From IMG/VR virus record IMGVR_UViG_3300045988_184160, positions 1 to 64,000 of that record: a stretch of DNA of 64,000 nt. One strand, given 5' to 3'. This document shows, piece after piece, positions 26,652-36,099 of this stretch (within the stretch, counting starts at the first letter, position 1; every line of letters begins with the position of its first letter). The translations under genes were made by a program, and so were the position numbers. The notes under the pieces were generated by a model. The model ran no database searches. It saw only the letters and a program-made list of their open reading frames with translations, and was not told the DNA's origin. Origin of the DNA: a virus.

Positions 26652-26966
26652 TTGGCTAAGGCAATTGAAGTAAAAGGCAACGCAGTAAACCAGGGCGATC
26701 TCGTTGAGATTGTTGCAAAGAAGACTGGGCGTAGCCAGAATGAAGTACGTGAAGTCGTATCCGAGCTGTTTGAGACAATCGGTGAGCGCATTGTGGCGGG
26801 AGATAGGGTGGTTATCCGCAACGTCGCTTCCTTCCACACCATTGATAAGGGCCCGCGTAAGGGGCGTAACCCGAGGACCGGTGAGGAAATTGATGTTCCC
26901 GCGAAGAAGGTTGTTAAGGCTCATGTCTCCGACTCCCTGCAAAATAAGGTAAACCCTGAGAAGTAA
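26652..26966 (+). CDS. hup: HU/IHF-family nucleoid-associated DNA-binding protein
   Basis: DLVEIVAKKTGRSQNEVREVV helix and GRNPRTGEEIDVPAKKVVKAHVSDSL beta-arm signature. TTG start with AAGGAAGAAGG RBS. About 13-aa N-terminal extension. Confidence 0.9.
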   Translation: MAKAIEVKGNAVNQGDLVEIVAKKTGRSQNEVREVVSELFETIGERIVAGDRVVIRNVASFHTIDKGPRKGRNPRTGEEIDVPAKKVVKAHVSDSLQNKVNPEK

Positions 26967-27009
26967 ACCCTTTTTCGTAAGGGATATTTCACTCGATCAG
27001 GTGAAATCA

Positions 27010-27063
27010 AGGGGCGTTGTATTCACTCATTATCTTGTGTGGATGCGACGCCCCTTTTTTTAT
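27010..27063 (+). terminator. rho-independent terminator after hup
   Basis: AGGGGCGT...ACGCCCCT stem (long, partly paired loop) followed by T9. Confidence 0.65.
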
Positions 27064-27120
27064 TTATGCATGAGTGGGTATTAATAATCATGAGAACAGA
27101 CTATTCGGAAGGATGGGGCA

Positions 27121-27795
27121 TTGGCTGATTTCAGTAAAAATCTTCATAAACTAATAGACGGGTACCAAACTAAACCTGAGCAGCAAGCTTACGCGGCGCA
27201 TTGTAACCAAATGAGGGCGATGCGTGAGAACTCTAGTAATCTAGCATATGTGGGCGACAGTGATGTTGTGAATAAGATCATAGGCAAGCAACAGTCACCT
27301 GAGGATAAAGTGTATAAGCTGAACCGAACCTATATGGTGCACGCTAATGCTTTGGGTAGACATTTCACCCTGAAGATTGAGGTGGCTGAGCTTCTGTCTT
27401 TCCGCCAGGACATGTTTATTTTCACGTCCTTATACGGCAAAAATGATCGTAGGAGCATGCCAGAAGGTTTCTATAACTGCGGGTGGGGGTACGCCCCATG
27501 GCCCGAAGAATGGTTGCAAGGCGGGACTAAAAACCGCGCAGAGGTGAAGCAGCAGCTTCTCGGCGTGGTATCCAGTTTATGTGCAGGTATCATCAACGAA
27601 GGAATCAAAAACCTGAGCGAATACAGGCAAACAAACCCAGAAACTATGCAGGCGGCACAGCAAATAATTGCGGACTGCACAAACATCATCATCACCCGAG
27701 AAGTAGCCCCCAACTATCGTAACCTGCACGACATGCAAGAACTATGGAACCAAATATTCTCAGAAATACTGAGCGGTATATATGTTAGCGCCTAA
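27121..27795 (+). CDS. hypothetical protein (224 aa)
   Basis: TTG start with AAGGATGGGG RBS. No motif recognised. Confidence 0.6.
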   Translation: MADFSKNLHKLIDGYQTKPEQQAYAAHCNQMRAMRENSSNLAYVGDSDVVNKIIGKQQSPEDKVYKLNRTYMVHANALGRHFTLKIEVAELLSFRQDMFIFTSLYGKNDRRSMPEGFYNCGWGYAPWPEEWLQGGTKNRAEVKQQLLGVVSSLCAGIINEGIKNLSEYRQTNPETMQAAQQIIADCTNIIITREVAPNYRNLHDMQELWNQIFSEILSGIYVSA

Positions 27796-27837
27796 AAATA
27801 ATGCGGTGACTGAGGAAAAAACGTTATCATATTTACC

Positions 27838-28686
27838 ATGAGCAACAGCAGTAAAGAACGTAGACAGCAGAGGCTTGAAGCAAGAAAAGCACGACGTAAA
27901 ACACGCCTTGAGAAAGGTGAGACGAAACAGAAAAGCACTCGCACCAACGGGTGGTCCCCAACATCTTGGAAGATGATCCGCCCGTGGCATTGGCTTAAAC
28001 CAAAGAACCGGAGGGAAACCAGCTCCGTTGAAGGTTTTGGTATGTTCACTCAGGGTTCAGCGATCTCGAAATACGAGCGAGCATGTAGCCAACAAGAATT
28101 TAATAGGCTAGAGAACGAGGGTGAAAACTCGAATGTTCACCCCATGCTCAAATATTCCAAAGCTAAACGCGGGCTGATCCTGTACTGGGTGGGTGGTTTA
28201 GCGTCCCTCGGGTATGTTTGGATCGTCCTGCTGAACCTACTAATCATCGGGTTGAACCTAGTCTACGCGAGCGAACAGTTGAGTAACGCGCTGGAACTTG
28301 ACCTCGTGCAGAAAGTAGCTGCTGTTGGTGGGGACCATTCCCTAGTCCTAGCTGATAACGATCACACCACCCTGCCACCAGGTTCTTTCGAGACAACAGT
28401 ACCAGTGTCCCGGACGTTCAGTGGGCCTTTCTATTATGAGGCGCAGAAAGTTCTCTGCGTCCCACTGGATCTGGGGTCTATTATTGGTTCACAGATCATG
28501 GCTTACATTGGGCTGGTTCTCCCCATCTTCTTCGTCACCACGTGGGGTATCAGGGCTTTCAATAACCAGCGGATCAAAGTTGCTTCCTTGGAGTGGCTGA
28601 CGTTCCCTATGAAAGCACTATATGGGTTGAATACTTTCTCCCTGCTACTTGTGCCTGTGGCGTTTCTTATCCTGTACAACATCTAA
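27838..28686 (+). CDS. membrane protein with highly basic N-terminus
   Basis: N-terminal KERRQQRLEARKARRKTRLEKG, then several hydrophobic helices (LILYWVGGLASLGYVWIVLLNLLIIGL and others). Confidence 0.7.
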   Translation: MSNSSKERRQQRLEARKARRKTRLEKGETKQKSTRTNGWSPTSWKMIRPWHWLKPKNRRETSSVEGFGMFTQGSAISKYERACSQQEFNRLENEGENSNVHPMLKYSKAKRGLILYWVGGLASLGYVWIVLLNLLIIGLNLVYASEQLSNALELDLVQKVAAVGGDHSLVLADNDHTTLPPGSFETTVPVSRTFSGPFYYEAQKVLCVPLDLGSIIGSQIMAYIGLVLPIFFVTTWGIRAFNNQRIKVASLEWLTFPMKALYGLNTFSLLLVPVAFLILYNI

Positions 28687-28774
28687 AAAGATTGGGGTAT
28701 TTGGTGAATGCGATAGCCGTGGGATATGATTCTCATGAGAATAAAACACAGCCCACAGAAAGGAAAACGCGGCG

Positions 28775-29455
28775 GTGGACGATAAAACCCTGAATAAAAC
28801 AATCAAATACGTTTCCGTAGGGCTAGTTGTGATCCTAGCCGCCGCGTTAATCGTCGCGTTCTTCTTCGGTAAAGACGCAGCTAACAAAGGCTACCAGGCA
28901 CAGGAAGCCCAAGCGTCAGCATCCGCCTCAGCCAACAAATCAACCCCCGCACCCCAGAGGACAAGCAGCACACCCTCAGGTGGTGAAGAAACACCCACCC
29001 CAACCGCGACCCAAACCCAGAAAGACGGGATGGACGACATCACCAGCGGTAAGCTCGATAAACCAGAGCAAGAATTGGGGCCTTTCACTGGGGTGCCAGA
29101 GAAAGTTAAAAACAACCTCACCGCCTTCTCTGACACATTCACAACCGTGACCGACCTAGACCAGCTGATCGGTGTGCAAGGGCAAACATTCAACCCGAAA
29201 CAGTGTGACTACACCACCAAAAACTATCTGGTCTGCTCGTCAGTGAACAAAGAATACGCTGTCATCCTTAACCCGAACAATATGATCCCGGTAGGTGTTG
29301 TAAACTTAAAGAACGAAAGTTTCAGTATTGAACAGGTTGAGAAATTCAGTAAAATATCCCAGCACGGGGCGCAACAAACCTTCCTGACCGGGACATGGGG
29401 CGGGAAATATGTTCTCCTAGCAGGGGACTTGAATGGGCTGAATTTCCTTGGCTAA
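28775..29455 (+). CDS. membrane-anchored protein with Ser/Thr/Pro linker
   Basis: GTG start. One N-terminal TM (VSVGLVVILAAALIVAFFF), a low-complexity linker, then a ~130-aa C-terminal domain. Confidence 0.65.
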   Translation: MDDKTLNKTIKYVSVGLVVILAAALIVAFFFGKDAANKGYQAQEAQASASASANKSTPAPQRTSSTPSGGEETPTPTATQTQKDGMDDITSGKLDKPEQELGPFTGVPEKVKNNLTAFSDTFTTVTDLDQLIGVQGQTFNPKQCDYTTKNYLVCSSVNKEYAVILNPNNMIPVGVVNLKNESFSIEQVEKFSKISQHGAQQTFLTGTWGGKYVLLAGDLNGLNFLG

Positions 29456-29470
29456 AAACATAAGAGAAGC

Positions 29471-30802
29471 ATGCGTAGACTCACAAAAAAAATAGCACTA
29501 ATTTTATCCACATTATTCCTTTTGGTAGGGGCACCCTTGGTTGTGGGTGCCCCTACGGGGCGTCCAGGGTTAGTCACGCCGTTTAGTGTCCCCGTCGCGC
29601 ATGCTGGTGCTAACGAGTGGAAGAACCTGAAACCCACCCGCTCCCCTGAGGAAATTGACGCTATTAAACGGGCTATCAAACAAATGTCCGACATGGGTGT
29701 GCATAAGGGCGCTATCTGCGGGATTCTAGGTAACTCTTCCCAGGAGTCAGGTTTTAACCTGTCAATCATGGAAGGCGACCCAGGTAGTAACTCTAACAGT
29801 ATCGGCGCGTGGGGTGCCGTGCAGCTTCTTGGTGTGCGTAAAGAGGCATTCCTGAACTGGACGAACAGCGAGAATGGCGGCTCCCTGAAAACCGAGGCTC
29901 AGATGCGTTATATTTTTGAGATTGAGCCTGGGATCGCTGGTTTAGGTGACTCGTTCAAGCAGCCTGTCTATTATGGGAATGTTGCGGTCAAGGGCGCGAT
30001 GGTGCCGCACGTGAAACAGTACACTTTCGAAGAAATCGGTAGTATTGATGGGTACAAAAAACTTGATGACCCACGCGCTGCAGCCCTAGTTTTTGAGGCC
30101 GTGTGGGAGCGCGCGGGTGTGGGTGAGGCTGAGCTGTCCACCCGCACTGAGTCTGCCGCGCAGATTTGTGAGGACGAAGAGCTTTTCAAGGATCTACCGA
30201 ACCTGCAAGGTGCTGGGAGCACTGGTGGCGGTGAGAAGAAAGATGGGGAGAAAAAAGAAGAAGGCAACAAGAACCACGACACCACCCAGGCTGGGGCTAA
30301 CGCAACCCCGAAAGAGGAACTTGACCTAGATGGTATGGAGGGGCGTAAAGCCTATGAGTCACGCCGAGCAACGAACCGTGCGGAGTTCCCCACTAAGGAT
30401 GAGTTGTCTAGGAAAGATCAGGTTGCGCTCGGACGCGCTAAAACATCCACCGAAGAAACTAAAGAATACCCGATGTCGAACATTATTGGTCTGATAATCG
30501 CGGCGGGTGTGGTCATGATCTTCTATTCCCTACTCCTTTTCCTAGCAACCGTCGTGGAGAAGGGTGGGTCTTTCATCCCAGGACCGTGGGTTACTTTCGT
30601 TACTCTCGGTAAGTACAAGCTCGCTGTCGAGGACGATATGGTCACTAACGACCGGTCCGTGAAATACGGTGGGTATTACACGAGCGGGCAGCTTTACGGG
30701 CGTTGCATCATTATTTTCGTGACTGGGGCGCTTCTAGTTAGTGGTTCCTTGACTGCAGCATTCGGTACAATAATTAATGTTTTACAGTTCTATATTCACT
30801 AA
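29471..30802 (+). CDS. secreted/membrane-anchored peptidoglycan hydrolase-like protein (lysozyme-like 'phage tail lysozyme' type motif)
   Basis: Sec-type signal (..PVAHA/GA). ICGILGNSSQESGFN...GAWGAVQL resembles the GNxxxESGFNP...G(I/L)xQW motif. C-terminal EELDLDGMEGRKAYE block plus two TM helices, shared with 36100..37473. Confidence 0.6.
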   Translation: MRRLTKKIALILSTLFLLVGAPLVVGAPTGRPGLVTPFSVPVAHAGANEWKNLKPTRSPEEIDAIKRAIKQMSDMGVHKGAICGILGNSSQESGFNLSIMEGDPGSNSNSIGAWGAVQLLGVRKEAFLNWTNSENGGSLKTEAQMRYIFEIEPGIAGLGDSFKQPVYYGNVAVKGAMVPHVKQYTFEEIGSIDGYKKLDDPRAAALVFEAVWERAGVGEAELSTRTESAAQICEDEELFKDLPNLQGAGSTGGGEKKDGEKKEEGNKNHDTTQAGANATPKEELDLDGMEGRKAYESRRATNRAEFPTKDELSRKDQVALGRAKTSTEETKEYPMSNIIGLIIAAGVVMIFYSLLLFLATVVEKGGSFIPGPWVTFVTLGKYKLAVEDDMVTNDRSVKYGGYYTSGQLYGRCIIIFVTGALLVSGSLTAAFGTIINVLQFYIH

Positions 30803-30824
30803 ACCATAGAAGAAAGCATTTATT

Positions 30825-31367
30825 GTGTCTAAAAAAATTTCTCGCAGGGGGCTACTCATCGGTGGTGGCGCAGCAACAGCCCTAGTAGTCGGTGGCGCAT
30901 TCGGTTTAGAGCACATCAACGTCCCCTGGGTGCCCTCTAACGGCTTCACGGGGCATATCCAGAACATCATCAGAGCAGACTCAGCTGTCGTGGACTCAAC
31001 CGTCACCGGTAAATACGGTGAGTCTTTCCTGAACCACACCAAAAAAATGGAGATCACAGGGAAAATCACGTTCACCAAAGACCTCGACAAAGACAGGCTG
31101 CACCGCACATACCAGCAGCTAACAATGCGTGTAGCTAAGAACATGGTTTCCTCCGCAGAGCTGCAGGGCGGGATTATAAATATTGCAGCAGAATCCGGGG
31201 GCACCCAGATCGACACGCTAGACACACTGAAATACCTTGTCGAAATGGGGCGTGCCCCTGAGGATCAGCTCAAAAAAATCAGAGAAGAAATACAACGCGC
31301 GGAGTCGGATAACAAACGGGTTGACCTGAAATTCTATTCGACTCTGACACCAGATAAAGGCTATTAA
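30825..31367 (+). CDS. Tat-signal secreted protein (180 aa)
   Basis: GTG start. N-terminus MSKKISRRGLLIGGGAATALVVGGAFG is a twin-arginine motif plus an h-region. Confidence 0.65.
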   Translation: MSKKISRRGLLIGGGAATALVVGGAFGLEHINVPWVPSNGFTGHIQNIIRADSAVVDSTVTGKYGESFLNHTKKMEITGKITFTKDLDKDRLHRTYQQLTMRVAKNMVSSAELQGGIINIAAESGGTQIDTLDTLKYLVEMGRAPEDQLKKIREEIQRAESDNKRVDLKFYSTLTPDKGY

Positions 31368-31374
31368 AAGGTTT

Positions 31375-32142
31375 ATGTCAGGGAAACAACAGGATATAGG
31401 GTTCACAAGAGAACTCACCATAGAGGAATACATCATATTCACCGCCTGCTGCGCAGGCCCAGATAAGCTGGAATGGTTGGAGCGCGGTATTTTCTGGTGT
31501 TTCGACTACCAGGACTATAACGCTGAGCTGGACATGAGAGCAGTATATGAGGAATACGAACGCGACACTGATGCTTTCCCTCACATGGACATGTGGGAGA
31601 TCGGTGGCAGTGAAGCAGGCGGGTACCTAGTACACCCCAAATCGTGGTTCTACCCCGCGCAACTGTTAGCTGAGTCTTCTGGGTGTAAGTTCAAAGACGA
31701 CGAGCTTTCCACTAGCCCCGTGCAAGTTTCTGGGCATAATATTTTCAACTTTGAGGGTGCTGCCGTGAAGGCGGGGAATGAAATTAAGCGTTCCCGAGAA
31801 ATTTTTATGGATGCTCTTAAGAGGGTTGATAGCACCGGGGCTCGGGTGCCTCAAACTATTTGTGTGAATTTCACGGGTGTGCCTGGGTGGACGAGCACAA
31901 GGATCAATGGTGTAGTTTACCGTTTCCCTGCGGTGGGTGTCCCAGTGAAGGATGCTTTGAAATACTTCATGAAGAAACAATATAGGGTGAGCGTATATCA
32001 AGGGGAAACACTAGTTAACATTCTCGCTAGTGAAGCATTGGATAAGATGCCTGCCTTTATGAAATCACTTAAAAAAGCACCCAACGGCAATGGGTTAATG
32101 CTGCGCGTCGTCCCTGAGGAGCTTGTGGAAATACGGAAGTGA
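31375..32142 (+). CDS. hypothetical protein (255 aa)
   Basis: ATG 8 nt after the previous stop. No motif recognised. Confidence 0.65.
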   Translation: MSGKQQDIGFTRELTIEEYIIFTACCAGPDKLEWLERGIFWCFDYQDYNAELDMRAVYEEYERDTDAFPHMDMWEIGGSEAGGYLVHPKSWFYPAQLLAESSGCKFKDDELSTSPVQVSGHNIFNFEGAAVKAGNEIKRSREIFMDALKRVDSTGARVPQTICVNFTGVPGWTSTRINGVVYRFPAVGVPVKDALKYFMKKQYRVSVYQGETLVNILASEALDKMPAFMKSLKKAPNGNGLMLRVVPEELVEIRK

Positions 32143-32201
32143 GGGGCGTTGTTTGATAGTTAAAAGAGTTTTTCAGTTTTATTATAAGGTGATATTTTCT
32201 C

Positions 32202-32645
32202 ATGAATAACTATCAGATGCCCCCCTACGGACAGCAGCAGATGGGGTGGATGTCAGGTATGGGGGGTGTCACCAACCCCCCACATGGGCAGCAATTTAAT
32301 CAGGAATACCCACCACCCCAAGCACGCCAACGGTTCCCTCCTAAACAGGAAATTGTGGATTATATTCGGGGTAACCTGTTTGGGGATGAGCCTGTGACTG
32401 TAAACTTGATTGAGCGTGACTGGGACAGGGATTATATTCCGCATTTTTGTTGCCTACCGTTTTTTGAGCACCGGTTGCAGAAGAATTTTTTCAGGATTGA
32501 TATACCAGGGTGGGGTCCCTATAACGTGGATTTTTATATGCACCGTGGGTACCACCAGGTTTTTGGGTTCTGCAATACTTTAACGATTGTTGATGACACT
32601 ATCCCCACCAGAGATACTGCTAGCGGGTATTCGACGTTTATGTAA
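32202..32645 (+). CDS. hypothetical protein with Gln/Pro/Gly-rich N-terminus (147 aa)
   Basis: ATG with AAGGTGA RBS. Confidence 0.6.
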   Translation: MNNYQMPPYGQQQMGWMSGMGGVTNPPHGQQFNQEYPPPQARQRFPPKQEIVDYIRGNLFGDEPVTVNLIERDWDRDYIPHFCCLPFFEHRLQKNFFRIDIPGWGPYNVDFYMHRGYHQVFGFCNTLTIVDDTIPTRDTASGYSTFM

Positions 32646-32704
32646 AATTCCTTATAGTATGATAAAGACAACAAGTTCATTATTGTACTATAAGGATTTT
32701 TTAT

Positions 32705-35209
32705 ATGTCACCAGCAGGGTTTGGTTTAGGCGCTGTGCATGTCCCAGCAGAAGAGCCAGTAGAAGAGATTGAAGAGCAGGAAAAGATTACCCCCGCACCT
32801 GTGGATGAGGACTCCCCCACAGATGTTGAGTCTGAAGAAGACACTGAGGTTCTAGGGGAAGAAACTCAAGACGAGGAAACCATCTCAGACGACGAGTCAG
32901 AAGACGCCCCCAGCGACGACAGTGCACTCATAGAAACAAGGCTCACCAAAGAAGAGCTGCTAGAGAAACTAGCAGGAGAAGACGCCGAGCACATCGCCAG
33001 TAGCGACGGCGAAAAGCACACTGTGGCGCGAGAAGGAGAAGACCGGTTATACCTCGAAGACCTGTCCCCCGTTTTCGCTAGAGAAAAAAATGATGGGGAA
33101 TGGGAATACTATCGCCTGATCGAAGAAACGAACACTACGCCCCTTTCTTTCAAAGCCCAAAATAATTTGGTGCCCAGCAAAGAAGGGGAGCCAGTCAAGG
33201 AACGTGGCGAAGATGAAGCTGTTGCCTACACTGACGATAAGACGGGTGACTTCCTGTACCATGACGGGCGGCAGGTCTTCTATCTGGGGGATGAGGACAA
33301 CAAAACCCTAGTCACTTTCTCCACCGAAACCAGTATTAGTGTGCTACCCGAGGATACCGAATATCACACGGCCAAAGATTTCTTAGGTGAAGATTACTTA
33401 GCTCAAATCTCTAAATATCTGCAGGGGAAACAATCAGTTCTGTATAAGGACACTGACGGCAATATCCAAGAAACAAACACCGCTGCCGCCCGCGAGGAAG
33501 AAACACTCGCCACACCACCAGAAGGAACCAGTGCCAAGCCTACGACCTTAGAAAACGTAGAAGTCGCTAACGCCTACATCCGGCACGTGAACATGGATGA
33601 GGTGGGTATCCCGCCCATCAAAACGAAATCCAGGACAGCGGAATCGTTGGACGGGCTTAAAAACAGTATGCAGCAGAACGGGATGCTTGTCCCTATCCTA
33701 CTCGTTGAGTCTGACGCATATAGGGAAAACAAAAACATGGAAGAGGTTTTCTCTACTGGCCCGAAATACTGGCTGGTGGACGGTTTACGTCGCCTACACG
33801 CCCACAATATGTTGCACGGCAAGAAAGACTTCCTCGCAATCGTCCGAAGCTACGACGCGGATGTGGAGCACCTGCTGCCGCAGATCATTAGGCGTGTCCA
33901 AACCACCCGCCCCATGAACGTCCTTGAGAAATACGCGACCGCTAAAATACTGCTCGCCCAAGAAGGGCTTACCCTCGAAGCAGTGGAGTTCCTGTGCGAG
34001 CTGAGCATCGGCGACTACACGCGACTTCAAGCGATCCTAGAGGCACCCGAGAAACACTCGGAGGCTAGAGAGAAGCTTCTAGAGGGGAAGCTCGATAAGT
34101 CCGCTATAGCTGCAGCATATAACATTCTGGTGAAGCTGCAGAAAGAAGAAGAGCTTAGTGAACTGGATAAGAGCACGGGTGACACTGAGGAAGCTATAGA
34201 ACCTAAGAGTGATAGCGGTGACGAAGAAGAGGGTATGTCCTCTGTGGAGTCGCTAGAAAGCCTTGGTATGACATTCGCTGAGACCCCTGAGGATGTGAAG
34301 GCGTTCGATGATGCTGTGGAAGCATACCATAACGGGGCAGAGGAAGCCGAGTCAGACGATGAACCTGTAGACTCGCGTCACGCGAAACGAGACGAACTGC
34401 AGAAAGTTGGTGACCGTAAACTACTCGATCCAGCGCTCAAAGCTGAAGTGGTTGAACGTGACGGGCACCGGTGCCGTGGCTGCGGTGTTCACCTCACAGG
34501 GTTCTATGCGAGCGCGAACCGGGAAATCCACCACACCTTCCAGGTTGCTAACCAGCTTGAAGAGTCCCGTGACAGTATTGGTAAAGCGGACTATGTTTTC
34601 ACAACCGTTGATAGTAATGGTGAAACCATCAACCATGCTGGGCAGGAAGATATTCTTGTAACGTTCTGCAAGAACTGCCACTCCCTGACACACGTTCTGC
34701 ACTGCTCGGGCGGTAAGACCGGTATCTCCAAAGAAGAGTTCGAGAAATACGAGCCGTGGCAGAAGGAGCAGTTGAAGAAATGTCTCTACTTCTCGAAGAT
34801 CCTGCAGTACGCTCAAGACAAATCTGGGCGTAAGGGTAGGCAGCAGTACACGAACCACGCTTTCTGGCAGACTGTGAGTGAAAACAAGGCTGTGGATGAT
34901 GCCTTGTTGAGCAAGCGTGAGGAGGCTTCTGCGGAGTCCGTGGAGACCCCAGCTGAGGAGCTGGAATCTGCTACGGTTGAGGCGGAGTTGGAAGCTGACA
35001 CCGACCTGTCAGTTGCGGTAGACGAATCAAATGTTGAAAATGAAGATTCTGAGGATGAAACCCAGTCAGACACTAGTGGACTAGTGGGCGAAGAATCACC
35101 CGAAGAAGACACTGAAACACTTGACCTAGACAATGACTTTACTGGCGAAAATGACGATAATACCGATAATGAAGAAGAAGATAATGGGGGCACCACCTCA
35201 TTGCTCTAA
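32705..35209 (+). CDS. ParB/Srx-like N-domain + HNH endonuclease fusion with polyacidic tails (834 aa)
   Basis: ParB-like: LKNSMQQNGMLVPILLV ... YWLVDGLRRLHA (GxRRxxA box). HNH: DGHRCRGCG ... EIHHT ... CKNCHSLTH. N-terminal ~75 aa and C-terminal ~100 aa are Asp/Glu-rich. Confidence 0.8.
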   Translation: MSPAGFGLGAVHVPAEEPVEEIEEQEKITPAPVDEDSPTDVESEEDTEVLGEETQDEETISDDESEDAPSDDSALIETRLTKEELLEKLAGEDAEHIASSDGEKHTVAREGEDRLYLEDLSPVFAREKNDGEWEYYRLIEETNTTPLSFKAQNNLVPSKEGEPVKERGEDEAVAYTDDKTGDFLYHDGRQVFYLGDEDNKTLVTFSTETSISVLPEDTEYHTAKDFLGEDYLAQISKYLQGKQSVLYKDTDGNIQETNTAAAREEETLATPPEGTSAKPTTLENVEVANAYIRHVNMDEVGIPPIKTKSRTAESLDGLKNSMQQNGMLVPILLVESDAYRENKNMEEVFSTGPKYWLVDGLRRLHAHNMLHGKKDFLAIVRSYDADVEHLLPQIIRRVQTTRPMNVLEKYATAKILLAQEGLTLEAVEFLCELSIGDYTRLQAILEAPEKHSEAREKLLEGKLDKSAIAAAYNILVKLQKEEELSELDKSTGDTEEAIEPKSDSGDEEEGMSSVESLESLGMTFAETPEDVKAFDDAVEAYHNGAEEAESDDEPVDSRHAKRDELQKVGDRKLLDPALKAEVVERDGHRCRGCGVHLTGFYASANREIHHTFQVANQLEESRDSIGKADYVFTTVDSNGETINHAGQEDILVTFCKNCHSLTHVLHCSGGKTGISKEEFEKYEPWQKEQLKKCLYFSKILQYAQDKSGRKGRQQYTNHAFWQTVSENKAVDDALLSKREEASAESVETPAEELESATVEAELEADTDLSVAVDESNVENEDSEDETQSDTSGLVGEESPEEDTETLDLDNDFTGENDDNTDNEEEDNGGTTSLL

Positions 35210-35229
35210 AGGGGTATAAAACCCTGGGG

Positions 35230-35279
35230 TAGCCGAGTATTCAACCCACATATTAGGTTGGGTGCTCGGCTATTTCTTT
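35230..35279 (+). terminator. rho-independent terminator (+ strand specific)
   Basis: 17-bp stem TAGCCGAGTATTCAACC / GGTTGGGTGCTCGGCTA. Three G-U pairs work only in the + strand RNA. Followed by TTTCTTT. Confidence 0.7.
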
Positions 35280-35495
35280 GCCTGCAATACACCTCTTTTC
35301 CTTACCAGCTTTGGTGAATAAACCTCCAAGAAATATTCATGGTTCACCGAACTAAATACACGCCTGACCATGAAACCCTTACAGTGGCTAAGAATAATGT
35401 TACGCACCCCAGTTTGCATATGCGAATAAAAATGCTATCCTGTTCTTGTATTCATAAATTAGTGAACCGTTAGGAACTGGAAAAGAGGAAGAAAA

Positions 35496-35948
35496 ATGAG
35501 GGCAATTTTTAAGGCTATCAAGTTTGGTATGGGCGGTACTATTGTTACCGTTTTCGCCGCAATCGTGGGTTTCACCCAGGGTCTTAGCTTTGTGAGCATA
35601 TTCAATATGGGAATGGTGGGGACTACGGTATTCTGCGTAGGATACCTCGCTTACCGCATGTACCGTGCCGTGACTGGCGCGACCGCAGACGCTATCCGTT
35701 GGGCAACCGGAACCGACGGTGCACCCCGTACCAGCCGCAGCAGCTACTCCACCAAGCACGAAACCACCCACTACCATGACTACGACTACTCCGTCAGCAA
35801 GGACGACGAGCCCGTTGCGATCTGGGTGAACGCCGCAGATAACCGTGTTTTGGACGCGACCTTCTCTAGTGGGCACGGTAGCGCCGCGAAGAAGCGTGCC
35901 GATAATGCTCTGGCTTACGCACGTAGCCAGAACCGTTTCGCCTACTAG
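35496..35948 (+). CDS. small membrane protein (150 aa)
   Basis: ATG with AGAGGAAG RBS. Two N-terminal TM helices. Preferred over the antisense ORF 35400..36206. Confidence 0.6.
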   Translation: MRAIFKAIKFGMGGTIVTVFAAIVGFTQGLSFVSIFNMGMVGTTVFCVGYLAYRMYRAVTGATADAIRWATGTDGAPRTSRSSYSTKHETTHYHDYDYSVSKDDEPVAIWVNAADNRVLDATFSSGHGSAAKKRADNALAYARSQNRFAY

Positions 35949-36099
35949 TAGGTAGGGTCTGCCCGTCTTTATCGTTCCTGGGTTCTCTAACAACTGAATA
36001 CAAGCATGAGAGGTGCTGTTAAGAGTTTTTGTACTCTTAATGGCACCTTTTCCTATATCATGGAGAGGTGTAAATATTAAAGGGGTCTTTCTAAGAAAA

